Shown here: positions 38,502 to 46,340 of the stretch, piece after piece
Position numbering within the stretch: the first letter of the stretch is position 1
Layout of the letters: each line of letters opens with the position of its first letter
Assembly (NCBI GenBank): GCA_963783385.1
Contig: CAWANJ010000006.1
Coordinates: forward strand, 288,001 to 352,000
DNA: 64,000 nt
DNA from: an uncultured Gemmatimonadales bacterium
GTDB lineage: Bacteria; Gemmatimonadota; Gemmatimonadetes; Palauibacterales; Palauibacteraceae
Direction: 5' to 3'
Position numbers and translations under genes: made by a program
Notes under the pieces: generated by a model
Databases searched by the model: none
Told to the model about the DNA's origin: nothing
What the model saw: the letters and a program-made list of their open reading frames with translations, nothing else

Positions 38502-39967
38502 CAGAGCACGAACACGGCTGCCAGGCTCACGAGGGCCGCGGTTCCGCCCGGCTTGAAGCCCGGCTGCGGGTTCGCGTACGTGCCCGGCGAGTGATCCAGC
38601 CGATCGATGAAGTCCACCTGGCCCTTCAGCGCCATCCCCGTCCGGAAGTCCCAGCGGCCCCCGAGCGAGACGCTCTGCTGCTGGACCATTGACTGCAGGA
38701 TCGCGTTCAGGGCCGCGTTCAGGCCGGCGGCGGCCGCCGCCCGCTCGGGCGGTAGCCCGGCCAGCGAGAGTCCGGCGGTCGACGTGTTGCTGAGCAGCTG
38801 CGAGCGCGAGTAGGTCGCGTAGGGAGCGAAGGGCCCGAGGCGGACGCCGGCCGTCACGTAGCCGGCGGCCGACTCCCCCAGGATCGAGTGCGAGTTCGTC
38901 CATCCCAGCTCGCCCATTGCGAACCACCGGCCCGGATCGTACCGCACACCCACCGTGGCGAACTCGAAATGGCGGTCACGCGGCTCGAGGCGGGCCGCGA
39001 GGGCGGCGCCCTGCGCCCCGAAGGAGCGAACGGCGGAGAACAGCGACTCGAAGGAGGTGATCGTCAGGTCAACCCGCTCCAACGCGGCCCGCGCGGTGAG
39101 GCCGCCGCGCTCCGCCGTGAAGCTGACGGCGAGCCCGTTCTCCCCCCTGACCTTCGCTCCGCCCGGGGCGTCGGCGGTCGCGCGGCCGAAGGTGGCGTGG
39201 ACCCGGGTGGTCCAGTCGCCGGCGCGCCACCGGTAGGCGGCGTCCGCCCCATTGACCGAGAACAGCGGGACCAGGTCGTAGAACTCGACGGGCGGACGGA
39301 TCCACGGGTTCGCGTAGGAGACCTTCCGGTAGTCCGAGGCAAGGAACACGTCCAGGACGGTCCGGCCGACCCTGACGCTCAGATTCGGGGTGAGGCCGTA
39401 CTCGACGTTGGCCCATTCCACGTGCGGAGTGTAGTGGTCCTCGGCGTTCTGGTCGGCGACGACCTGGAGCACGGCGGTCAGCCGCGGCAGGAGGGTCGCG
39501 GTCAACTGTCCGCCGAGGTTGGTGTCGAGGTCGAGGCTCACCCGCTCCCCGAAGCCCGGGCCGTCCGGGCGGAGCGGATTCCACACGTAGTTGGCGCGGC
39601 CGTCGGTGGAGTAGGCGGCCCCGAGGGTACCGAACGCGTTGAAGCGCAGGGACGGCGTGTGGCGCTCCTGGGCCCGCGCGGACGGGACGGCCACGGCCGC
39701 GGCCGCCGCGCACAGGAAGAGGCTCACGGCGAGGCGTCGTCCGCCCGGCCGGGCCGCACGGAGGCGCCACGCTCGCGCGGGCGACCGGCCGACGGGAACG
39801 GTCGGATCCGGGTCGTCCTGCGCCCGCGGGGCTCCGGCCGTGATCAGCCGTCGGTCGCTGTCGTTGAACGTGAGAATCCCGGGCCTCCTTCGCTTCCGCC
39901 GCGCTGGGCGACTCCGAGACGCGGGGGGACCCGCGCGCTGGGACCCGGACTCCGGGACGGACCGCAT
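38501..39967 (-). CDS. Putative outer-membrane porin-like beta-barrel
   Basis: Signal peptide ARA-Q; FGTLG, EWANVEY, VRVGR, PWIRPPVEFY, GGRWDF, amphipathic C-terminal strand. Start uncertain. Confidence 0.8.
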   Translation of the reverse strand: MRSVPESGSQRAGPPASRSRPARRKRRRPGILTFNDSDRRLITAGAPRAQDDPDPTVPVGRSPARAWRLRAARPGGRRLAVSLFLCAAAAAVAVPSARAQERHTPSLRFNAFGTLGAAYSTDGRANYVWNPLRPDGPGFGERVSLDLDTNLGGQLTATLLPRLTAVLQVVADQNAEDHYTPHVEWANVEYGLTPNLSVRVGRTVLDVFLASDYRKVSYANPWIRPPVEFYDLVPLFSVNGADAAYRWRAGDWTTRVHATFGRATADAPGGAKVRGENGLAVSFTAERGGLTARAALERVDLTITSFESLFSAVRSFGAQGAALAARLEPRDRHFEFATVGVRYDPGRWFAMGELGWTNSHSILGESAAGYVTAGVRLGPFAPYATYSRSQLLSNTSTAGLSLAGLPPERAAAAAGLNAALNAILQSMVQQQSVSLGGRWDFRTGMALKGQVDFIDRLDHSPGTYANPQPGFKPGGTAALVSLAAVFVL

Positions 39968-40407
39968 TTCGTTCTAAGTGCAGTAGTCGTGCCGGGGAGA
40001 GCGACCCGACCGGGAGGCCATGGGAGCCGGCGTCGATCCGCCCGGGAGACTCGGTCGCGCGCGCTCCGGCCGGGAGGGCGCGACACGTGGTGCCGCCATC
40101 CAGCTCCCTTTGCGACAATGCGTTGGGACAGATCAGCGCCGGTCGGTACGGGGCGTGCCGCGATCGATCCGGGGGCAGGCGGCGGGCGCCGGCCGGTCCA
40201 CGACCGCCGCCTCCCGCAGCGGGAAGGGACCGCCGGGAACTCTCATTCTGCGGCGCCCTCCGCACTTCAAGGCGGGCGGCCGCGGCCCGCTGTCGCCGGA
40301 CGGCCGCCCGCGACACGCGCCCATCGGGCCATGTTTAGTCTAGCGGAATGTCATTCGCGAGACTAGACTTCCGCTCCCTTTCCCACCACCTCAGACGGGA
40401 GCCGGAC

Positions 40408-40695
40408 ATGAAATTCATGGTGACGTGGCGCGTTCACGAGGACCAGCGACACGAGGTGCTCAAGGGGTTCAGCGAGATGACCGCCGAGGACGACCGCGCG
40501 GACCACGGCGACAGGGTCCGCCTCATTGGCCGCTGGCACGACGTCGTCAGCTTCACGGGCGTGCTCATTCGTGAATCGGACGATGCGGCGGCCGTGGCGG
40601 GCTGGCTGCTGAACTGGAACGGCGTCCTCGACGCCGAGGTCACGCCGGTGCTCGACGACGAGGAGACCCGCGCGCTGGGTCGGGCCAGGAGCTGA
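40408..40695 (+). CDS. DUF3303 family protein
   Basis: MKFMVTW, IGRWH, ESDD, WNGVLDAEVTPVLDDEE; GGAG RBS. Confidence 0.8.
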   Translation: MKFMVTWRVHEDQRHEVLKGFSEMTAEDDRADHGDRVRLIGRWHDVVSFTGVLIRESDDAAAVAGWLLNWNGVLDAEVTPVLDDEETRALGRARS

Positions 40696-40741
40696 CTTCC
40701 ACGGCGCCCCGTGGTGGACGGACGCAGCACTCGACCGGTCC

Positions 40742-41452
40742 TCATCCTCCCGGCCCGGATCCCGGCGAGCCCCGCGTCTCTTCCGCGCGCGGGCCGCCCG
40801 TTCGCTCCGCGACCAGCGCCTCCGAGGAGATCCCGAAGGAGGTGATGACGGCGTCCTGCAGGACGCTCCACCGCCCTTCGGAGAGGAGCGAGCGGAGGTC
40901 GAGAGCCCGGCAGCCACCGACGAGGGCGGGCCGCCACGCCTGGACCCGGCTCCAGAGCCTCTCCACTGCGCGGGCCGGCCGCGTCGCGCCGTGGGTCAGG
41001 CTCACGAGCGCCACGCGTCCCCCCTCAGCCAGGACCCGGTGGGCCTCGGCCAGCACCGCGCGGATGTCGGACGGCGACAGGAGGTCGAGCACGTAGGTGG
41101 ACAGGACGCGGTCGAAGCTCCCGGCCTCGAACGGGAGCTCGGACGCTCCGTCGGTGAGGAGGACCCGCGCCCGGTCCCCGAAGCCCTCCAGGCGCCGGCG
41201 AGCGAGGTCGACCATGGTCGGGCTCAGGTCCACGCCGACGTAGCGGGCCTGCGGTCCGAGGAAATGCACGAGGAGACGCTCGGCCAGGCGGCCCGTCCCG
41301 CAGCCGAACTCCAGCACGGATGCGGCATCCTCGAAGCCGCCGTGCCGCACGAGTTCCCGGACCGCCGGTCCCTCGTAGAAGCGCTGCGTGTCCTGCCACG
41401 CCCCGATCCGGTCGTAGCAGGCGCGTGCCTGCGCGTGGGTGAGGATGGGCAT
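40742..41452 (-). CDS. Class I SAM-dependent methyltransferase
   Basis: VLEFGCGTG, GVDLSPTM, LPFEAGSFDRV. Confidence 0.92.
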   Translation of the reverse strand: MPILTHAQARACYDRIGAWQDTQRFYEGPAVRELVRHGGFEDAASVLEFGCGTGRLAERLLVHFLGPQARYVGVDLSPTMVDLARRRLEGFGDRARVLLTDGASELPFEAGSFDRVLSTYVLDLLSPSDIRAVLAEAHRVLAEGGRVALVSLTHGATRPARAVERLWSRVQAWRPALVGGCRALDLRSLLSEGRWSVLQDAVITSFGISSEALVAERTGGPRAEETRGSPGSGPGG

Positions 41453-41465
41453 CGCCCGCTGCGGC

Positions 41466-41729
41466 TCAGGCTCGTCGCCGCCCGCGCGCCGGCGAGACGT
41501 CGATCATCAGCGCCACCACCAGCCCCACGATCGGCCAGAAGGACCACACGCCCCCGAACCAGTGCTGCACCGCCGTATACCAGAGCAGCGTCGTCGGCAG
41601 GAACACGAAGCCGAGGATGGGCCACAGCACGGAGTCGAACACCCCGCCGAACCAGGTCGTGAAGAACCACAGCGCGGCCACCACGAGCCGGGGAGCGGCC
41701 AGGGCGAGCAGGGCGAAGAGACACGACAT
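41466..41729 (-). CDS. Small integral membrane protein
   Basis: GGAGG RBS; three hydrophobic segments with PRL and WPILGFVFLPTT. Confidence 0.8.
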   Translation of the reverse strand: MSCLFALLALAAPRLVVAALWFFTTWFGGVFDSVLWPILGFVFLPTTLLWYTAVQHWFGGVWSFWPIVGLVVALMIDVSPARGRRRA

Positions 41730-41776
41730 TGGATATCCTCCTGCGGAGAGCGGTCGAAGCTGCGCTGGGTCGGCCC

Positions 41777-42143
41777 TCAGCTCACCGGGTCAGAGCGGCC
41801 CTCCTCTGAACCTTCCTCGAGCCCCCACACCGCCGCCGTGGCCAGCTCGATGCTGTTCCCGGCCGGGTCCCTGAAGTAGATCGAGTAACCGCCCCCGGGC
41901 CACCGCCCCTCCGACTCGATCGGCACGCCAGCCTCTTCGAGGTGAGCCCTCCAGCGATCGACCTCCCGCTCCGGGAGCCGGAAAGCGAGGTGGCCGGGGC
42001 AGTGGGCACCGTGCGGAGGCACTCGGACGCCTTCGTCGGCGGAGTCGTCGCCGGCGCTCGGCCGCTTCCAGGTCCCGGCAGTAGAGCGAGCTCTCGAGCA
42101 CGCCGGGGGGACGCAGGGGTGGAGCGGGCTGGCCGGCTGCCAC
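41777..42143 (-). pseudogene. VOC/glyoxalase family protein with an internal deletion and frameshift
   Basis: GVLESSLYCRDLEAAER in one frame, PPHGA..GHLAF...SIYFRDPAGNSIELA in another; the expected FY..VLG...LLF block is absent. Confidence 0.7.
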
Positions 42144-42147
42144 CCCC

Positions 42148-44551
42148 CTACGCCACCTCCGCCTCGCCCATCTCCGCCGCCCGCTTCTCCCGGATGGCCC
42201 GCCACATCCGCGGCGGGGTGAACGGGAGCCGGTCCATGCGCACGCCGACCGCATCGTAGATGGCGTTGGCGATGGCGGGGAGGGAGGGGTGGAGCGGGCC
42301 CTCGCCGGCCTCCTTGGCGCCGTAGGGGCCCTCGGGGTCGTTCTCCTCGACGATCAGGGCCACGAAGTCGGGGCAGTCCTTCGAGGTGGGGATGCGGTAG
42401 TCGAGCAGGGACGGGCCGTCGTGGAGCCCGGCCTTCCCGTGCGAGCCGAGTCCTTGAACGGTCTGCTCCTCGAGGATGGCCTCGGCGAATCCCATGTAGG
42501 CGGAGCCCTCGATCTGGCCCTCGACGAGGGTGGGGTTGAGGGCGTGGCCGCAGTCGTGCGCCACCCAGATGGTCTTCACGTCCACGAAGCCGGTGTCGGG
42601 GTCGACCTCGACCTCGGCCACGTGGGCGGTGGAGCTGTAGGCAGGGGAGGCGCCGATCGTGCCGCCCCGGTAGTCGCCGTGCGTGTCCTTGGGCGTGTTG
42701 TAGTGGCCCACCGAGCCCAGCGTGCCGTGCTCGGCCTCGGCGGCCTGGAACGCCTCGGCGATCGGCATGCGGCGCTCGGGGTCCCCGGTGTCCACGGCCC
42801 ACCCGCGGCGCAGGCGGCACGCGCTCCGCCGGGACCTCCCACCCGGCCGCGACCGCCGCGCCTCACCTTCTCCCCGAGCTGGCGGCAGGCGGACAGGCAC
42901 GCGTTCCCGACCATGAGGGTCTCGCGCGAGGAGTAGGCGCCCAGGTCCACGGGCACGAGGTCGGTGTCGGCCGAAAACACGCGCACGTAGTCGAGCGGGA
43001 CGCCCAGCTCCTCGGCGGCGATGTAGGCCATGGTGGAGTCGGACCCCTGGCCGATCTCCGAGGCGCCGTGCAGGACCGTGACCCGGCCCGAGCGCTCGAT
43101 CTGCACCTGCACGGCGGCCTGCGGCATCGGGTTCGGGTAGATCGGGTAGTTGGTGCCCGAGATGTAGCTCGACCCGGCCAGCCCGATCCCGCGCCCGTGC
43201 GGCATCCTCCGGAACTTCTCCTTCCAGCCGCTGGCCCGCTCCACGGACTCGAGGCAGCGCAGGAAGCCGTTCGACTTCACCGTGAACTCGTTGATCGTCT
43301 TCCCGGTGCCGAGGAAGTTGCGGCGCCGGATCTCGAACGGGTCGAGGTCCAGCGCCTCGGCCATCTTGTCGACCGTGATCTCGAACGCGAACCGCGGCTG
43401 CACGGCTCCGTGCCCCCGCTTGGGGCCGCACGGGGCCTTGTTCGTGTATACGCGCGTCGAGTCGAACCGGTAGCTCTCCATGCCGTACGGGGCGGTGAGG
43501 AGCTGCCCGCTGTAGTAGGTCGTCACCAGCCCGAAGGAGGCGTACGCGCCGCCGTCCAGGATCGTGTTCGCGTCGAGGGCGAGGAGCTTCCCCTCCTTCG
43601 AGGCGCCGAGCTTGTAGCGCATGATCATCGGGTGGCGGCCGCGGTGGGAGTAGAACACCTCCTCGCGCGTGTACAGGCACTTGACCGGCCGCCCGGTGCG
43701 GAGCGCGTGCAGCGCCACGCAGAACTCGAGGTCGAAGGGCTCGGACTTCCCGCCGAACGCCCCGCCCACCGCCGGCTGGACGACCCGGATGCGGGCCACG
43801 TCCAGCTCCAGCACCCGCGCCAGCTCGCGCTGCAGGTAGTGGGGCACCTGGGTCGAGGAGTGCACGGTGAGGACGCCGTTCTGCTCGACCCGCCCGATGG
43901 CGCAGTGGGGCTCGATCGGGGCGTGCGTGGTGCCGTGGAAGTAGTACTCGCCCTCCACCACCTGGTCGGCGGCGGCCATCTTCCCATCCACGTCCTCGAA
44001 CTCCAGGTGGACGTGCTTGGTGACGTTCCCGTTCCGGCCCGGCTTGTGGGGCTCGTGGATCGGGTTCGAGCCGTCGGCGAGCGCCTCCTCCGGGTCCAGG
44101 TGGACGGGGAGGGGCTCGTACTCGACCTCGATGAGGTCGAGGGCCCGGAGGGCGGTGTCCTCGTCCACGGCCGCCACCGAGGCCACCGCGTCCCCGATGA
44201 AGCGCACCTTCTCCAGGGCGAGGGCGTGCTCGTCCCGCGTCCAGGGGATGATCCCGTAGGGGATCGGCATGTCCTTGCCGGTGAGGACGTCGTGCACGCC
44301 GTCCAGCGCCTCGGCCTTCGAGGTGTCGACCGAGAGGACCCGGGCGTGCGCCTCGGTCGAGCGCAGCAGGCGGCAGTGCAGCATCCCCGGAAAGGACAGG
44401 TCGTCGGCGTAGAGCTCCTTGCCGGTCGACTTGCGGAGCCCCTCCACCCGGCGGTTCCTGCGCCCGAGGACGCCGTCGCCCTCCTCGGCCGCGATCTTCT
44501 CCGGGTCCTCGGCGCGCCCGCCTGGAGCTCGTTCAGCTCCTCAGGTAGCAT
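42148..44551 (-). CDS. Xanthine dehydrogenase family molybdopterin subunit (HcrA-like), with frameshifts at ~44515, ~42860 and ~42816
   Basis: HAPIEPH, SSTQVPH, GGAFGGK, CGPKRGHG, EIGQG, VEGQIEG, GAKEAGEGP; GGAGG before ATG 44551. Confidence 0.9.
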
Positions 44552-45068
44552 CGGCGCGTCTCCCTCCATCTCCGCTCAGCACCTCGTCGGCCGGTCGGTC
44601 CTCACGCAGCGCCCGCGCCGCCAGCTCCACCGCGTCCAGGATCTTCGTGTAGCCAGTGCAGCGGCACAGGTTGCCGGAGAGCGCCTCCTGGATCTCCGCG
44701 CGCGAGGGCTCCAGGGTGTGGGACAGGAGGCCGTAGGCGCTGGCCAGGATCCCCGGCGTGCAGAAGCCGCACTGGGCCGCGCCGCACAGGTCGAAGGCGT
44801 CCTGCAGCGGGTGCGGGCGCGGTCCGTCCGCGATCCCCTCGACCGTGGTGACCTCGCGGCCCACCGCCTCGTAAACGGGCATGATGCAGGAGAGGTGCGC
44901 CTCTCCGTCCACCAGCACGGTGCAGGCCCCGCAGTCTCCCTTGTCGCACCCCTGCTTGGAGCCGGTGAGCCCGAGCCCGTAGCGCAGCGTCTCGAGCAGG
45001 GTCCAGTGCGTCGGGACCCCGACCTCGACCTCGTCGCCGTTCACGTGGAGGGTGAGGATGTCCTTCAT
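44541..45068 (-). CDS. (2Fe-2S)-binding small subunit of the XDH family (HcrC/CoxS-like)
   Basis: GCDKGDCGAC, QCGFCTPG, NLCRCTGY. Confidence 0.95.
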   Translation of the reverse strand: MKDILTLHVNGDEVEVGVPTHWTLLETLRYGLGLTGSKQGCDKGDCGACTVLVDGEAHLSCIMPVYEAVGREVTTVEGIADGPRPHPLQDAFDLCGAAQCGFCTPGILASAYGLLSHTLEPSRAEIQEALSGNLCRCTGYTKILDAVELAARALREDRPADEVLSGDGGRRADAT

Positions 45069-45099
45069 GCCGCAGTCTAGGCGGGCGGCGGCCGGCGAA

Positions 45100-45621
45100 T
45101 CAAGCCGGCGGGTCGGACGGGGCGGGCGGCCTGTCGGGCTCCGGGGGCGCCGGCTCGGAGGCGGCCGGGACGTCCTCCGGTGCCCCCGCGGCTTCATGCG
45201 AGACCGCGGGCTCGCCGTCGTCTACGGCCGTGGTCGCGGCCCCCGGGTCGTCTACAGCGGTAGACGAGATCGCGGGCTCCGCGTCGGCCGGAGGCGGCGG
45301 CGCCGGGCTCTCGGCCGCAGGAGTCTCGGCGGTGGCCGCGGGTCCACCCGTGGGAGGCGCGCCGGCGGTCATGTGGGGCGGCTCGATCGTGCCGCTGGGG
45401 CGCGGCTGGGTGTCCCGGGTGTCCTGCTTCCAGGCGGGGGAGTCGTCGGCCATGCCGGCCTGCTCCAACTCCCGCTTGACCTCGTTCATGCTCTTCCGGA
45501 ACTCGCGCATGGCCTTGCCGAGTCCGCGCGCGATCTCCGGCATCCGCTGGGGGCCGAAGAAGATCAGCACCAGCACGACGATGACGAGCATCTCCGAAAA
45601 GCCGAAGCTACCGATACCCAT
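45100..45621 (-). CDS. Twin-arginine translocase TatA/TatB family subunit
   Basis: GFSEMLVIVVLVLIFFGPQRMPEIARGLGKAMREFRK followed by a Pro/Ala/acidic tail. Confidence 0.92.
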   Translation of the reverse strand: MGIGSFGFSEMLVIVVLVLIFFGPQRMPEIARGLGKAMREFRKSMNEVKRELEQAGMADDSPAWKQDTRDTQPRPSGTIEPPHMTAGAPPTGGPAATAETPAAESPAPPPPADAEPAISSTAVDDPGAATTAVDDGEPAVSHEAAGAPEDVPAASEPAPPEPDRPPAPSDPPA

Positions 45622-45670
45622 GGCTCGGATTGCTACCCCCGGTCGCCGGAGCGAGGTCCGTACCTGAAGG

Positions 45671-45690
45671 CTCTACTTGTACAAGTAGAG
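45671..45690. promoter_or_regulatory. Perfect 20-bp palindrome, putative transcription-factor operator
   Basis: CTCTACTTGTACAAGTAGAG, 50 bp upstream of the tatA/B start. Confidence 0.55.
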
Positions 45691-45725
45691 GGGACCGGGG
45701 GAGGGGCGTCGGGAGCGGGATCCGA

Positions 45726-46274
45726 TCAGCCGCGGACCGCTCGCAGGACCTCCTCGCCGTAGAACATGCGGATGTACTTGGCCTGGATGGGCGTGACCCG
45801 CCGCACGGCCCAGATGAGCTGCACCTGGTCGGGCACGCGCGGCCGCGTGAGCAGGTGCAGGCCGGCCTCCTCCGGGAGAGCGTCGCCCTTGTGTAGATTG
45901 CACCGGCTGCAGGCCGTCACCACGTTCGTCCACCCGTTCCCGCCGCCGCGCGACACCGGGACCACGTGGTCCCGCGTCAGCGACTCGCGGTAGCCGAGCT
46001 CGGTGCGGTGGCGCCCGCAGTACTGGCACCGGTAGCCGTCGCGGGCGAACAGGAAGGTGTTGGTCACCTGGCGCCGGAACCGGCGCGGGACGTGCACGTA
46101 GCGCACGAGCCGGATCACGACCGGGGCCGGCATCTCGAGCGTCTCGGACCGGAAGGGCCGGTCCCGGTCGACCTCGAGAGCCTCCGCCTTGCGGTCGATC
46201 ACGAGCCTCAGGGCCCGCCGTACGGGCAGGATCGTGAGGGGCTCGTAGGACGCGTTGAGAGCCAGGCAGCCCAT
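45726..46274 (-). CDS. HNH endonuclease (McrA-like, LxLNASYEP type)
   Basis: LALNASYEPL, RDGYRCQYC, DHVVP..GG..W.NVVTAC..CN..K. Confidence 0.92.
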   Translation of the reverse strand: MGCLALNASYEPLTILPVRRALRLVIDRKAEALEVDRDRPFRSETLEMPAPVVIRLVRYVHVPRRFRRQVTNTFLFARDGYRCQYCGRHRTELGYRESLTRDHVVPVSRGGGNGWTNVVTACSRCNLHKGDALPEEAGLHLLTRPRVPDQVQLIWAVRRVTPIQAKYIRMFYGEEVLRAVRG

Positions 46275-46340
46275 GACGGGAGATCTCCTCCTTCGCTCCG
46301 CAGAGTCTAGAACGGCCCACAGAGAGGGTCAAGGACGCCG

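Noticed and set aside
45215-45270. Short repeats (TAVDD twice) in the tatA/B tail
   Set aside because: Low-complexity coding repeat in a disordered tail; not a CRISPR array or regulatory repeat.
45726-46274. HNH nuclease as an anti-phage or mobile element
   Set aside because: It is a standalone LxLNASYEP-type HNH among housekeeping genes, with no methylase, repeats or integrase nearby.
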